Source: Spirochaetia bacterium (lineage in GTDB: Bacteria > Spirochaetota > Spirochaetia > UBA9216). Taken from it: DNA of 64,000 nt. Shown one piece after another: positions 10,201 to 21,086 of this stretch. A model generated the notes under the pieces. It did no database searches. It was not told the DNA's origin and was given only the letters and a program-made list of their open reading frames with translations. The translations under genes and the position numbers were made by a program. The stretch covers positions 1,984,001 to 2,048,000 of the forward strand of contig CAXXYH010000003.1 in NCBI GenBank assembly GCA_963677925.2. Reading direction: 5' to 3'. Position 1 is the first letter of the stretch. The number at the start of each line of letters is the position of its first letter.

Positions 10201-10949
10201 GCCGAATTCCGGAAGATTTCCCGCCTGCAGCTTTTATTATCACTGCTGCGGGCAGCGGCACCCGCATGGGCGGAAGAGTTAAAAAAGAATTTCTTCCGCT
10301 TAACGGCTCCACCGTCCTTGCTAATTCAGTCTCGACATTTTTATCTACCGGACTCTTCAGCTATGGACTCATTACCTATGCCGAAGGAACTCTGGAAAAA
10401 ACGAGGGAAGCACTCGAGCCTGCATCAGACTTACTTAATAAGCTCAAACATAAACTAATCTACTGTGAAGGCGGCGGAGAACGTCAGGCGTCTGTATTCA
10501 ACGGACTGAAGGCCCTACTTGATGAAGGTTTTGACTCAGATAAAGGAATCATCCTTATCCATGACGGAGCCAGACCCTGGATAAGCGCTGATACAGTAGT
10601 CAAAGTCACCGAAGGAGCCATCAAATACGGCGCCTGTGCACCGGTCATCCCTTCCATAGATGCGATGAAGCAGATTAATCATGACGGCTTTATTGAACAT
10701 CATCTTCGAAGACAGGAAACAGTCGGTATACAGACACCGCAGGGCTTTAATTTCGGTCAGATTGTCTCTGCCCATTCAAAAGCTGAAAACGATGGTTTCA
10801 GCTATATTGACGACACGGAAATATACGACAGGTATCAGTCCCGGGTTTTTACAGTGGACGGAGACTTAAGCAACAGAAAAATAACCTATATGTCGGATAT
10901 TGAGGTAACAGATGAGAATAGGACAGGGCTGGGATTTACACAGACTTGA
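10197..10949 (+). CDS. ispD: 2-C-methyl-D-erythritol 4-phosphate cytidylyltransferase
   Basis: AAGSGTRMG, GGGERQASVFNGL, IHDGARP, QTPQGF, NRKITY. Confidence 0.92.
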   Translation: MSRIPEDFPPAAFIITAAGSGTRMGGRVKKEFLPLNGSTVLANSVSTFLSTGLFSYGLITYAEGTLEKTREALEPASDLLNKLKHKLIYCEGGGERQASVFNGLKALLDEGFDSDKGIILIHDGARPWISADTVVKVTEGAIKYGACAPVIPSIDAMKQINHDGFIEHHLRRQETVGIQTPQGFNFGQIVSAHSKAENDGFSYIDDTEIYDRYQSRVFTVDGDLSNRKITYMSDIEVTDENRTGLGFTQT

Positions 10950-11388
10950 ACCGGGAAGGAAGCTGATCATCGGCGGCGTGGACATACCCTTTGATAAGGG
11001 CTGTGTTGCGCATTCGGACGGAGATGTTCTGGTTCACGCAGTAATCGATGCCATACTCGGAGCCGCAGCGCTGGGAGACATTGGAAGCCATTTCCCCGAT
11101 ACTTCAGGCGAATGGAAGGACGCCGACAGCATGTACCTTCTAAAACATACTGTAGAGCTTGTTTACCAAAAGGGCTATCGGATTATTAATCTTGATACGA
11201 CAGTAATCCTAGAACAACCGAAACTCAGACCGCATATACCCGTAATTATCAGCAATATTGCCGATACCGCCGGAATTCCGGCTGGCTATGTTTCAGTCAA
11301 GGCTAAAACTAGTGAAAAAGTCAATGCGGCTGGTGAAGGCAGAGCAGTTGAAGCCTACGCTGTGGTGCTTCTGGGAGATGCAAATTGA
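10912..11388 (+). CDS. ispF: MECDP synthase
   Basis: MRIGQGWDLH, HSDGDVLVHAVIDAILGA, DIGSHFPD, VKAKTSE. Confidence 0.95.
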   Translation: MRIGQGWDLHRLEPGRKLIIGGVDIPFDKGCVAHSDGDVLVHAVIDAILGAAALGDIGSHFPDTSGEWKDADSMYLLKHTVELVYQKGYRIINLDTTVILEQPKLRPHIPVIISNIADTAGIPAGYVSVKAKTSEKVNAAGEGRAVEAYAVVLLGDAN

Positions 11389-12041
11389 ACGCTGCAGACT
11401 GGGATTCTATTTTCAGGCTGCTGCGAAAGCATATACAAAACGATATTCTGCCTTCAATTTCTACAATTGCAGAAGCCGACTCAGATCCCTACCGGGTTCT
11501 TTTTTCAACTATCTTGTCTTTGAGAACCCGTGATGAAGTTACACTTGCAGCCTCAGAGAGGCTTTTCGCTGAAGCACCTGATGTATATACACTCAGCAGT
11601 CTTGACGAAGAAAGGATCGCAGAACTGATTTATCCTGCGGCTTTCTACCGTAACAAGGCGGCGAGTATTAAAAAATGCTGTTCGATAATAATCAATGAAT
11701 ACGGCGGAAAGATATCATCAGACAGGGATGAACTTCTTAAACTGCCGGGAGTCGGACGCAAAACAGCGAATCTGACGCTAAACCTCGGCTTCGGCATCAA
11801 TGCAATATGTGTTGATACCCATGTACACAGGATATCCAACAGAGCAGGATGGGTAAGTACTAAAACTCCCGATGATACCGAAATTGCACTTGAAAAGGTT
11901 CTGCCCGAAAAATACTGGATACCGCTGAATGAAATGCTTGTCAGCTACGGACAGCGGACCTGCACCCCCATATCGCCAAAATGCTCGGAATGTGTAATTA
12001 CGGATTACTGTAAAAGAATAGACGTTAATAAAAGCCGGTAA
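11385..12041 (+). CDS. nth: Endonuclease III
   Basis: HhH motif LPGVGRKTAN, VDTHVHRI, and the C-X6-C-X2-C-X5-C Fe-S motif. Confidence 0.93.
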   Translation: MNAADWDSIFRLLRKHIQNDILPSISTIAEADSDPYRVLFSTILSLRTRDEVTLAASERLFAEAPDVYTLSSLDEERIAELIYPAAFYRNKAASIKKCCSIIINEYGGKISSDRDELLKLPGVGRKTANLTLNLGFGINAICVDTHVHRISNRAGWVSTKTPDDTEIALEKVLPEKYWIPLNEMLVSYGQRTCTPISPKCSECVITDYCKRIDVNKSR

Positions 12042-12044
12042 CCG

Positions 12045-12167
12045 GAGAAACAAATACAACCCCGGCTGGGTACATGTGTTTCTCTGAAAGATTTTGTAAC
12101 TTTAATTACAAAATCTTTCATTTACATATTAAAGAAGCAAAATCAAAAGTCACTTACTTTTGATTTT
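12045..12167. repeat. Three tandem inverted repeats between convergent nth and MCP genes (possible bidirectional terminator or structured RNA)
   Basis: GAGAAACA/TGTTTCTC (12045-52/12077-84). Perfect 15-bp TGAAAGATTTTGTAA/TTACAAAATCTTTCA (12085-99/12106-20). Perfect 12-bp AAAATCAAAAGT/ACTTTTGATTTT (12139-50/12156-67). Confidence 0.6.
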
Positions 12168-12209
12168 ACAGTCAGTCAGTAATTATAACAAACAGGGTTC
12201 AAAGTTTTG

Positions 12210-14228
12210 TCACAACTCTTCGATACTGGAATCCTCCTGCTCATCGGCAAGAGTTACAGTCGTCGCATCAGACAGTTCCGGACCGGAGTTCTCTGTACTA
12301 CCAAGACTGCCTTCAAAAGACTCTGCATGGTTACCTGCAGCTTCGTTTCCGGCCTTTACATCAGAATCATCTACAGCAGGGTTTTCTGCCTCTGCATCAG
12401 TTTTATACTGGCTGGCCTCGGTTTCGAGGAGATCGGTAATTTCGCCGAGTTTTTCAGCAAGATCTGAGAGAAGCAGCATTGATGAACTGATTTCCTTGAT
12501 TCCGGCAGTTATCTCAGCGGCGCTGTTTGCTACTTCAGATGTAACCCTCGAAACTGTTGAAATTGCATCTGAAACCTTGCCTGAAGCCTGGTCCATTTCA
12601 GAATTACCGCCGGCGACCTTGAATGAAACTTCCTGTAGTCCGGTCATGGACTGAAGAATCTGCTTGCCGCCGATACTCAGCTCTTCCATGCTCATGGATA
12701 TCTCTTCGAGTGACTGGGAGACTCCCTTGACTTCAGTATCAATAGCATTGAAGGCAAGCTGTGTTTCTGAACCAGCAGAGGAAGCCATTTCAATTCTTTC
12801 AACCACCTCTTTCAGTACACCGCTTATCTGCTTCGAGTTCATCGAAGAAGCTTCCGCCAGCTTTCTGATTTCATCAGCTACAACAGCAAATCCGCGTCCG
12901 GCCTCACCGGCATGCGCGGCCTCAATCGCAGCGTTCATTGCCAGAAGATTCGTCTGACTTGCTATCTGCTGTATGATAGAGGCAGTACCCTTGATTTCAT
13001 CAAGATTTGATGTGATATCATTAATTATTGATGTAGTTGTATCGAGTTTTGCCCCGCCGGATTCAGCTGTCTTAACAAGAATATCTGTTGCGCTTTTCTT
13101 CTTCTGGGTTATATCGGTAACATTATTGATCGAGCTTATCATCTGGGTTACCGCGCTGGTAGATTCTTCTACCATCGATTTCTGTTCACTGATAAAATCA
13201 CTCAGCATACCAAGGGTTTTTTTCATTATTTCTGATGCTTCCTGAGCCCCTGATGCAAGTTCAGCAAGGCTGTTAAACTGCTTTCGGATTGACTCACTGT
13301 TTGAGGCAATCTCCTGGGCCGCAGCAGAGGTCTGATTGGTTGAAGTGATAAGCTCTTCCTGGAGTTCCACTCCGTCTTTTGCTCCCGACTTCATTGAAGA
13401 AAAAACATTTTTCAGTTTATCTGTAAGTGTATTGAGATTCTCTCCAAGCGACTGGATCTCATCTCTGCTCTTTATATCAAAATTGATGGAGAGATCCCCC
13501 GAGCTCATAAGTTCAATCCCTTTATGAGCAGCGCTGATGGATCTTACTATCAACCCTGTTATAAAGAAAACTGCAATAAAAGCAGCGATCCCGATAACTG
13601 CAATGATCCCCACACCTATTATGTATGCGTTCAATTCCTTTTTATTTATCAAATCATCCATAAGCTCAAACTGTTCGGCTACTACCATGTGCGTCGAAGT
13701 CAGATTAGAATCAAGTATAGTTATAACAGAAAGAAGGGATTTAATTTTTGAATTTATGACATTCTCTTTTCCTGATTTTTTAACCAGTGAAGATTCCCTG
13801 AACGTATCAATTTTAACATTATCTGTAAAAAATATTTCCTCAGCCTCCTGGCCGAGGTTGGTAATGTTGCTGATTAAATCAAAATAATTACCGGAATACA
13901 GGGTATACAGCCTTTTCATAATCTGGATTGATTCGGCAATATCTTCATCCTTGCTGAGCGCTTCTACATGATCCAGCAGTTCAAAATTCTTGGTCAGCAG
14001 TTCGTGATCGGCTACAATAACATCCCTTTGAGTAGCAAGCTGGGCGTTGGCCAGTTTGTTAACTTCAGCTCTCAATTCCGAAATGGAAGTATCAAGCACC
14101 ATAAGGTTATCTTTTTCAGTTCTCATCAGAATTGTCGGAGCGAGTGTTAATCCGAAAGCAATAACTCCTATAAAAAGAGCGCCTATAACACCTAGAGCAA
14201 GTAAATTTAACTTCTTCCTAATTCGCAC
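12210..14228 (-). CDS. Methyl-accepting chemotaxis protein
   Basis: Two TM segments, HAMP, and the signature [41 protein letters not shown] at 14228 follows GGAGGG. Confidence 0.93.
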   Translation of the reverse strand: MRIRKKLNLLALGVIGALFIGVIAFGLTLAPTILMRTEKDNLMVLDTSISELRAEVNKLANAQLATQRDVIVADHELLTKNFELLDHVEALSKDEDIAESIQIMKRLYTLYSGNYFDLISNITNLGQEAEEIFFTDNVKIDTFRESSLVKKSGKENVINSKIKSLLSVITILDSNLTSTHMVVAEQFELMDDLINKKELNAYIIGVGIIAVIGIAAFIAVFFITGLIVRSISAAHKGIELMSSGDLSINFDIKSRDEIQSLGENLNTLTDKLKNVFSSMKSGAKDGVELQEELITSTNQTSAAAQEIASNSESIRKQFNSLAELASGAQEASEIMKKTLGMLSDFISEQKSMVEESTSAVTQMISSINNVTDITQKKKSATDILVKTAESGGAKLDTTTSIINDITSNLDEIKGTASIIQQIASQTNLLAMNAAIEAAHAGEAGRGFAVVADEIRKLAEASSMNSKQISGVLKEVVERIEMASSAGSETQLAFNAIDTEVKGVSQSLEEISMSMEELSIGGKQILQSMTGLQEVSFKVAGGNSEMDQASGKVSDAISTVSRVTSEVANSAAEITAGIKEISSSMLLLSDLAEKLGEITDLLETEASQYKTDAEAENPAVDDSDVKAGNEAAGNHAESFEGSLGSTENSGPELSDATTVTLADEQEDSSIEEL

Positions 14229-14299
14229 AATTACCCTCCGAAGGTACAAAAGATGTAACTAAATATTATTCTGGATATAAATACAAGTATTGAGTGTAG

Positions 14300-14328
14300 A
14301 TTATAAGACAGTTATGGTACTAATTCAA
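14300..14328 (-). promoter_or_regulatory. Sigma70-type promoter for the MCP gene
   Basis: TTGAAT, 17 bp, TATAAT on the minus strand. Confidence 0.55.
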
Positions 14329-14355
14329 GCAATGTTTTTATTGAAAAGAAGGGAT

Positions 14356-14384
14356 AAAAAGGGCTGACCTTGAAGAGTCAGCCC
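14356..14384 (-). terminator. Intrinsic terminator of the fusA operon
   Basis: GGGCTGAC/GTCAGCCC stem followed by a T run on the minus strand. Confidence 0.75.
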
Positions 14385-14396
14385 GTAATAAGATAA

Positions 14397-15104
14397 TTAA
14401 TCCTGCATTTCTGCAATCAGAAGTGTTTTAGGATCCAGTTTGATAGACATCTCCTTGGGAGAAATCTCGTCGTGGTCCTTAACAACTTTTAGATGAACAT
14501 ATTCACCCTCATACTGCAGTGTAATAACAACTGCAATGTTTTCAAGGTAGTCATTCAGAACAACCGGAATTCCGTTGTCATCATAGGGAGCATCCTTCTG
14601 AAGGGATACACTTGTCCAGATTTCAAGGTTTGTATCTTTAGCAAACTTGTTAAGTGCTGCGATATCCTCATCTGAAGCCTTTGAGTAATCATAGCCGTCA
14701 ATCATTACAGCATCGGCAGCAAAGTGACCCTGCTCGATCATTGCAGTAACACTGGCCAGAATCTTGGCTGTTTCAAGGCCTTCCTGACTGAAGTTCATGA
14801 TAACACGGTTCTTGATGATCTCATTGTGAACCTCTGCAGCATCGTCAAGTTCTCTTTTTTTTGCTATTTCCTTAAAGATATCCTCATACCATTCTGCGAT
14901 ATGATCAACCTTTGAAGAAAAAGATACGTGTATCACATGTCTGCCTCTGAAAAGCTTGTCCATTGCTATATGCACAAGACATGCGGTTTTACCAACACCT
15001 TTCTTCGAAGCAAGAACTCCGATATTACCTTTTCCGAGTCCGCCCTTTATTGAGTTTTCAAAAATCCTAAGAGGGCTTCTTTTATTGAGCTCTGATTTAA
15101 TCAT
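14397..15104 (-). CDS. RecA/KaiC-like P-loop domain protein of unknown function
   Basis: GGLGKGNIGVLASKKGVGKTA (variant Walker A) and AVMIDG (Walker B-like). Lies 15 bp downstream of fusA. Confidence 0.7.
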   Translation of the reverse strand: MIKSELNKRSPLRIFENSIKGGLGKGNIGVLASKKGVGKTACLVHIAMDKLFRGRHVIHVSFSSKVDHIAEWYEDIFKEIAKKRELDDAAEVHNEIIKNRVIMNFSQEGLETAKILASVTAMIEQGHFAADAVMIDGYDYSKASDEDIAALNKFAKDTNLEIWTSVSLQKDAPYDDNGIPVVLNDYLENIAVVITLQYEGEYVHLKVVKDHDEISPKEMSIKLDPKTLLIAEMQD

Positions 15105-15119
15105 TTATTCCCAATCTCC

Positions 15120-17204
15120 TTACTTGTTCTGTTCTCTCTTCTTCTGCTCATGTTCTTTTATGAGCTCGTCAGAAATGCTCTGGGGAACTTTTCCGTACTT
15201 TAGGAATTCCATTGAGTACTCTGCTTTTCCCTGTGTAAGAGAACGTAAAGTAGTAGAATATCCGAACATTTCACTCAACGGGACTTCAGCTTCAACTGAA
15301 CAGTTAACACCTTCCTCAGCAGAACTGCTGATAACACCTCGTCTCTGGTTGATTGAGCCGAAGATATTTCCCTGGAACTCGGTGGGTCCTTCAACCGTAA
15401 CCTTCATTATAGGTTCGAGAATCTGGGGACCTGCTTTTGTATATGCTTCCCTGAATGCACCGATTGCTGCAAGCTGGAATGCCATATCTGAAGAGTCGAC
15501 AGAGTGGGACTGACCGTCATTGATAGTAACCTTGACTCCTACAATCGGGAATCCGATAAGTGACCCCTTCTCAAGAGATGACTGAAAACCCTTGTCACAG
15601 GCCGGTATGTATTCAGTAGGAATAGAACCACCCTTGATCTGGTTTACAAACTCGTAGTGTCCTTCTTCAAGCGGCTCTATGAAACCGGCTACACGTCCGT
15701 ACTGACCGGAACCACCGGACTGCTTCTTGTGTGTATAGTTAAAGTCAGCCATTTTGCTGATTGCTTCACGGTAGGCAACCTGAGGCATACCGGTTGTAAC
15801 TTCAGCCTTGTATTCACGTTTCATTCTTTCTACGTAAACATCAAGATGAAGCTCACCCATTCCCTGGATGATTGTCTGGTTTGATTCAGGGTCAACGTAT
15901 GTTCTGAAAGTCGGGTCTTCCTTGGTAAACCTGTTAAGAGCTTTTGCCATATTGTCGGCAGCCTTTTTATCAACAGGTTCAATTGCAAGTGAAATAACCG
16001 GAGCCGGAACGTACATGGAAGTCATTGAATAGTTCAGGCTCGGATCACAGAAAGTATCACCTGATGCACATTCGATACCGAAAAGAGCTACGATATCTCC
16101 GCAGCCTCCCTCATTGATATCTTCCATATGGTCAGAGTGCATTCTGATAAGACGTCCGACCTTGAATTTCTTCCGGCTTCTTGTATTGTAAAGTTCCGAG
16201 CCCTTCTTGACAGCGCCCTGATAAACACGGATATATGTGAGCTGACCGTACTGACCGTCTTCAAGCTTGAATGCAAGAGCAACAGTGGGCTTGTTCTCAT
16301 CTGCTGTAAGCTTCACCTCTTCCTCGTTGTTGTCGAGGTCGAGTGCAATGTTCTGAACATCGCGCGGTTCAGGAAGGTACTTCAAGACTGCATCAAGCAG
16401 GGCCTGAACGCCCTTGTTTTTATACGCACTACCCAGAAAAACCGGACAGAGTTCGTTTGCAAGAGTAGCCTTTCTGACTGCAGTGTGGATCAGTTCTTCG
16501 GTAACAGCCTCTTCCATCATGGCTTCCATCAGTTCATCTGAGAACATTGAAACAGCATCAAGCATTGTTTCGCGGTACTCATTGGCCTGATCGACCATAT
16601 CAGCAGGGATATCGGCAATTCTTATTTCTGTTCCGGCATCACCTTCGAAGTAAACTGCCTTCATCGTAATCAGATCGACTACACCCTCATGCTTCTCTTC
16701 AAGACCGATGGGAAGCTGCATCATAACAGAATTAAGTCCGAGCTTGTCGCGAAGCTGGCCGCAGACTCTAAGCGGGTTTGCTCCGGTTCGGTCGCATTTA
16801 TTGACAAATGCAAGTCTCGGAACCTTGTATCTCTTAAGCTGTCTGTCAACTGTGATTGACTGAGACTGAACACCGCCTACTGAACATAGAACAAGGATAG
16901 CTCCGTCGAGAACCCTGAGGGCTCTTTCTACTTCAATTGTAAAGTCAACGTGACCCGGAGTGTCGATGATGTTAATAGGATGTCCCTTCCACTCAACATT
17001 GGTGGCGGCTGACGCGATGGTAATTCCTCTTTCTTTTTCCAGCTCCATCGAGTCCATTGTGGCGCCGACACCATCTTTACCACGCACTTCATGAATAGCA
17101 TGAATTTTATTACAGTAAAACAGAATACGTTCTGTCAGCGTGGTCTTACCAGAATCGATATGCGCACTGATACCGATATTCCTCATTTTTTCAAGTGTTG
17201 CCAT
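15120..17204 (-). CDS. fusA: Elongation factor G, EF-G1 (mitochondrial-like) type
   Basis: [69 protein letters not shown]. Confidence 0.97.
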   Translation of the reverse strand: MATLEKMRNIGISAHIDSGKTTLTERILFYCNKIHAIHEVRGKDGVGATMDSMELEKERGITIASAATNVEWKGHPINIIDTPGHVDFTIEVERALRVLDGAILVLCSVGGVQSQSITVDRQLKRYKVPRLAFVNKCDRTGANPLRVCGQLRDKLGLNSVMMQLPIGLEEKHEGVVDLITMKAVYFEGDAGTEIRIADIPADMVDQANEYRETMLDAVSMFSDELMEAMMEEAVTEELIHTAVRKATLANELCPVFLGSAYKNKGVQALLDAVLKYLPEPRDVQNIALDLDNNEEEVKLTADENKPTVALAFKLEDGQYGQLTYIRVYQGAVKKGSELYNTRSRKKFKVGRLIRMHSDHMEDINEGGCGDIVALFGIECASGDTFCDPSLNYSMTSMYVPAPVISLAIEPVDKKAADNMAKALNRFTKEDPTFRTYVDPESNQTIIQGMGELHLDVYVERMKREYKAEVTTGMPQVAYREAISKMADFNYTHKKQSGGSGQYGRVAGFIEPLEEGHYEFVNQIKGGSIPTEYIPACDKGFQSSLEKGSLIGFPIVGVKVTINDGQSHSVDSSDMAFQLAAIGAFREAYTKAGPQILEPIMKVTVEGPTEFQGNIFGSINQRRGVISSSAEEGVNCSVEAEVPLSEMFGYSTTLRSLTQGKAEYSMEFLKYGKVPQSISDELIKEHEQKKREQNK

Positions 17205-17226
17205 TGTATATTATCCTCTCAAAGTA

Positions 17227-17324
17227 ATTATACTCATCAGAAAACGCGAAAGCAAATGCGTGTTCCGGCTATTATCATTTATATTATGGATAGGCAGTGT
17301 AGTAAAAATACAATATAAATTCAA
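17227..17324 (-). promoter_or_regulatory. Tandem sigma70-type promoters upstream of fusA
   Basis: TTGAAT-17-TACACT (17324-17296) and TTGCTT-17-TATAAT (17255-17227). Confidence 0.5.
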
Positions 17325-17356
17325 TAGCCGGAAAAACTTGACAGATTAAAAGTTGA

Positions 17357-17818
17357 TTAGACTGCGGCAAGAACTGAAGTCATCTCTATTGCAGCAAGTG
17401 CCGCATCCCAGCCCTTATTACCAACTTTTCCTCCGCTGCGGTCAATCGCCTGATCCATATTATCAGTGGTTATTACTCCGAATATAACGGGAACACCGCT
17501 TGAAACCGAAACCCGGCCGATCCCCCTTGAGACTTCTGCACAGACCAGCTCAAAATGCGGAGTATCACCGCGAATTACAGCTCCAAGACAGATTACAGCA
17601 TCATACCTACCGGAAGATGCTGCTTTCTCCGAAGCAAGCGGAATCTCAAATGCTCCGGGCACCCTGATGAGATCAAGGTTCTGGTCATCCATTCCGTGCC
17701 TTAGAAGGCAGTCTCTTGCCCCTTCCAGCAGCCTGCTGCCTATCAGATCATTGAACCTCGACAGAACAATGCAGACCTTCTTTCCTTCGGCGTTTAAATT
17801 TCCGTTTATCTCTCTCAT
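17357..17818 (-). CDS. ribH: 6,7-dimethyl-8-ribityllumazine synthase
   Basis: [33 protein letters not shown]. Confidence 0.96.
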   Translation of the reverse strand: MREINGNLNAEGKKVCIVLSRFNDLIGSRLLEGARDCLLRHGMDDQNLDLIRVPGAFEIPLASEKAASSGRYDAVICLGAVIRGDTPHFELVCAEVSRGIGRVSVSSGVPVIFGVITTDNMDQAIDRSGGKVGNKGWDAALAAIEMTSVLAAV

Positions 17819-17837
17819 AATATTATCTCCCTGATTT

Positions 17838-19037
17838 TTAGAGTAAATGACCCATAAGGGCTTTCTTTGTGTTCATATATACCGCGGCGGTATCCGGGTA
17901 CCCGACAATAAGCGGAAGCTGTTCCACGTCAATCCCGCCTCCGGCTATGGCAGAGATCTTGTCAGGATTGTTCGTAAGAAGCCGGACCCTGCTTATTCCA
18001 AGCTGTTTGAGTATCATCACAGCGGCGGAGTAATCACGCATATCGGCTGGAAATCCGAGAGCGGTATTCGCCTCCACCGTGTCGCAGCCTTTATCCTGCA
18101 GGGCGTAGGCACGAAGCTTGTTTTCCAGGCCTATACCCCGCCCCTCCTGCCGCAGGTAGATCAGCAATCCGCCTTCTTCTAGTATTCGGCGCTTTGCCGC
18201 CTTCAGCTGGGCACCGCAGTCGCATCGCCCGCTGCCCAGGACGTCACCGGTGAGACACTCCGAATGTATCCTGACAATCGGACTGTCAGCCCATCCGTCT
18301 TTGATCAGAACAACAGCCTCGCAGCCTGCAGCTTCCGACGGATAATACAGGGTGCGTACAGCCTCTCCCGACTGCGGAAGTACTGTTTCAACCGGCTTTT
18401 TTTTATTCAGAATATATTCTTTGAGTCGCTGGATGGTGAGAATCGGGATGTCCCAGGCCCGGGCCATATCTTCCAGAATGCTGCCCCTGGCCATAGAACC
18501 GTCATTGACAAGAATTTCACAGATAACTCCGGCTTCAGGTTCTCCGGCAAGTCTGCAAAGCTCAACTGCAGCCTCGGTATGCCCGTCACGGCCGGCAAGC
18601 CCCTCAGGATTGGCGAGAATCGGAAAGATATGTCCCGGCCTGGCCAGCTCTCCAGGGCTTGTACTGCTGTCGGCAAGCATCTGAAGCGTCACCGCCCGGT
18701 CAGCTGCCGATATCCCGCTTGCACAGCCGGGAATGGCATCAACAGACTGGGTAAAGGCAGTACCGTGCAGGGCGTTTGCACCCTCTGGTACCATCAGACT
18801 CAGCTTAAGCCTCTCTGCTACATCCCCGCTGATCGGTGCACAGATAAGCCCCCTGCCCCAGGTTGCCATCAGATTGATATGCCGGGCGGTACAGCGTGCG
18901 GCGGGGATAAAGAAATCACCCTCATTCTCACGGTCCTCATCATCGGTAACAATTATCATACGGCCGGCTGCCAGCTCTTTAAGTGCGTCTTCAACCGAGC
19001 AGTAAACTGAATCTTCTTTTGTTTTCATATATGTCAT
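17838..19037 (-). CDS. ribBA: Bifunctional DHBP synthase / GTP cyclohydrolase II
   Basis: [22 protein letters not shown] (RibB), then [30 protein letters not shown] (RibA). ATG at 19037 follows GGAGAAG. Confidence 0.94.
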   Translation of the reverse strand: MTYMKTKEDSVYCSVEDALKELAAGRMIIVTDDEDRENEGDFFIPAARCTARHINLMATWGRGLICAPISGDVAERLKLSLMVPEGANALHGTAFTQSVDAIPGCASGISAADRAVTLQMLADSSTSPGELARPGHIFPILANPEGLAGRDGHTEAAVELCRLAGEPEAGVICEILVNDGSMARGSILEDMARAWDIPILTIQRLKEYILNKKKPVETVLPQSGEAVRTLYYPSEAAGCEAVVLIKDGWADSPIVRIHSECLTGDVLGSGRCDCGAQLKAAKRRILEEGGLLIYLRQEGRGIGLENKLRAYALQDKGCDTVEANTALGFPADMRDYSAAVMILKQLGISRVRLLTNNPDKISAIAGGGIDVEQLPLIVGYPDTAAVYMNTKKALMGHLL

Positions 19038-19635
19038 TTCTTTCTTCTCCAAAATTGTTATTAGAATTTCTGCCGGGTTTAAACCGGTCCGGCTCAATAT
19101 TCACTTGATCTCTGCTGCAAAGCCTTCCAAGACAGGTCCTGGCAAGAGTCTCGGGGATCAGGCAGACGGTGATTGAGTCACGGGAAACCGAGCTTACGGT
19201 GAGACTTACGCCGTCGACAGCAACAGAGTCTTCAAGGCTGATTTGTCTTCGTATATCTTCAGACAGCAGTATTGTCAGCCAGCGGCTGCCCTGACTGCTT
19301 ACTATACGGCCGACTGTTCCGGCTCCGGCCACATGTCCTGTTACGACATGACCGTGAAAGCGATCTCCTGCAGCAAGAGGAAGCTCAAGATTTATTTCAT
19401 CCCCGGGAGCAAGGCTGCCGGTAAGGGTTTTCCGCAGGGTTTCGGCAGAGACGTCAGCGGTAATGCTGCTGCTGTTTTTAGATGTGACAGTGAGGCATAC
19501 GCCGTTTACAGCGATCGAATCTCCGCAGCCAAGTTCATCAGCAAGTGCTCCGGCTGAAAAAACCAGAACTGCCGAACCGCTCCGCCTTTCAAGCCTGAAT
19601 ACCCTGCCACGCCCGCCAATCAGGCCGGTAAACAT
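18991..19635 (-). CDS. ribE: Riboflavin synthase (alpha chain)
   Basis: MFTGL start, SIAVNGVCLTV, GHVVTGHV, SVAVDGVSLTV, LIPETL. Confidence 0.93.
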   Translation of the reverse strand: MFTGLIGGRGRVFRLERRSGSAVLVFSAGALADELGCGDSIAVNGVCLTVTSKNSSSITADVSAETLRKTLTGSLAPGDEINLELPLAAGDRFHGHVVTGHVAGAGTVGRIVSSQGSRWLTILLSEDIRRQISLEDSVAVDGVSLTVSSVSRDSITVCLIPETLARTCLGRLCSRDQVNIEPDRFKPGRNSNNNFGEERNDIYENKRRFSLLLG

Positions 19636-20753
19636 TCAGGACCTCCATTGAAAATTCCTCGGAAGCGGATATCAGCACCTAACCGGGTCCAGTCTGCCGA
19701 AAGGAAGCCCTTATATTCTTTCCCCCCGGCGCCGCGGAAACCTGAGACACCGGGCACTCCTGAACCGAATAAAACCGGAGCAATATAAAGAATCATCTCA
19801 TCTGCGAGTCCCTTTTCGATAAAACTGCTGAACACACTGTTTCCCCCCTCAACAAGGACAGAGTTTATTCCCATGGTTCTTATGGATCGCAGGAGTTCAT
19901 CCAGATCAGTAAACCCGAGTATTTTTATACCTCTTGATTCAAAGGCCCCTGCAGCATTTAGAGCGTCCTCTGGGCAGGCAATTATCATTCCGGAGGGAGG
20001 GTTGCGTAAAAGTCTGTTTTCAGCTTTCATTTTTGAGGGACTGCCCAGTATCACCGGGACAGGCTGGCGGGCACCGGAATCCTGCAATAACCCGACCCTG
20101 CTTGTAAGAAGGGGATCATCAGCATTAAAAGTTCCCCGGCCCACAATAACCGCATCCACCTCGGCCCGGAGACGGTGAACTTCCTCCCTCGACTCGGGAC
20201 AGGAAATCCATTTTGACTTCCCCCCCCTGTCCGCGATGAAACCGTCCAGACTCTGGGCGGCCTTGAGGATAACCCAGGGGCGGCCTGTACGCATTGCATG
20301 AAAATACCAGCGGTTAAGCTCTTCAGCTTCCTGCTCAAGAATTCCTGAAGCAACCTTCAGCCCCCGGGCCCTGAGCAGTTCAAAACCCCGACCCGCAACC
20401 TGCGGATTGGGATCCGGGCCGGCGGCGCAGACTGAAGCAATCCCCGAACGCAGAACAGCATCCGTGCAAGGCGGAGTCCTTTTCCCGGGGCCGCTGTGAC
20501 AGCAGGGTTCCAGGGTAACATAGAGGGCTGCTCCGGGCAGCTGCTGCGGAAAACGCGTCTGTGCGTCTGTGATGGCCGCGGCTTCCGCGTGCGGAGTCCC
20601 CGGCCCGTGATGATAGCCTTCTCCGATTATCCGGCCGTCTTTGACAATGACGGCACCGACCCGCGGATTCGGAGAAGTCTCCCTGATTCCGGCACGGCGT
20701 GCCAAATCCAGAGCCTTCCTCATGTGGAGGAAGTGTGTTGAGTTGTTGTACAT
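19620..20753 (-). CDS. ribD: Riboflavin deaminase/reductase
   Basis: PNPRVGAV, HAE, TLEPCCH...PPC, SLDG, DDPLLTSR, VEGG. Confidence 0.95.
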   Translation of the reverse strand: MYNNSTHFLHMRKALDLARRAGIRETSPNPRVGAVIVKDGRIIGEGYHHGPGTPHAEAAAITDAQTRFPQQLPGAALYVTLEPCCHSGPGKRTPPCTDAVLRSGIASVCAAGPDPNPQVAGRGFELLRARGLKVASGILEQEAEELNRWYFHAMRTGRPWVILKAAQSLDGFIADRGGKSKWISCPESREEVHRLRAEVDAVIVGRGTFNADDPLLTSRVGLLQDSGARQPVPVILGSPSKMKAENRLLRNPPSGMIIACPEDALNAAGAFESRGIKILGFTDLDELLRSIRTMGINSVLVEGGNSVFSSFIEKGLADEMILYIAPVLFGSGVPGVSGFRGAGGKEYKGFLSADWTRLGADIRFRGIFNGGPECLPA

Positions 20754-20825
20754 GATTCTCTCCCCAGTATGCTGCCGGGGCGTTTGGATTGCGGTGAAAC
20801 CTTATGGGATTAACAGGTTCAAAGC

Positions 20826-20855
20826 AAAAAAAAGCCCCGGATCATTCTCCAGGGC
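20826..20855 (-). terminator. Riboswitch-controlled intrinsic terminator
   Basis: Minus strand reads GCCCTGGA-GAATGA-TCCGGGGC followed by T8, between the aptamer and ribD. Confidence 0.75.
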
Positions 20856-20902
20856 ATGAAGTTTCGATTGGTGTATTAATACAGCTTAAGCTGTACATCA
20901 AC

Positions 20903-21078
20903 GAATTTCTTCCATCCGGACTTTACCGTCGGCACCGGAATCTCACCGGTTCAGTCCCTTTCGGGAGTCGCGGGCTATAACCGCCGGTCAGGAATTGTCA
21001 TGCAAAAAATAATGTCTTTGACATTTTAAATGTCGTAGCCATTTACCCTGCTTCAGACTCACCTGGCCCTGAAAATCA
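20903..21078 (-). ncRNA. FMN riboswitch (RFN element) with a 62-nt insertion
   Basis: Minus strand reads TTTTCAGGGCCAGGTGA-[insert]-AATTCCTGACCGGCGGTTATAGCCCGCGA...GAACCGGTGAGATTCCGGTGCCGACGGTAAAGTCCGGATGGAAGAAA, directly upstream of the rib operon. Confidence 0.93.
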
Positions 21079-21086
21079 TTGTGGAC

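Noticed and set aside
17357-20753. rib operon as a horizontally acquired island
   Set aside because: It looks somewhat more GC-rich by eye, but this was not computed, and no mobility genes or flanking direct repeats were seen.
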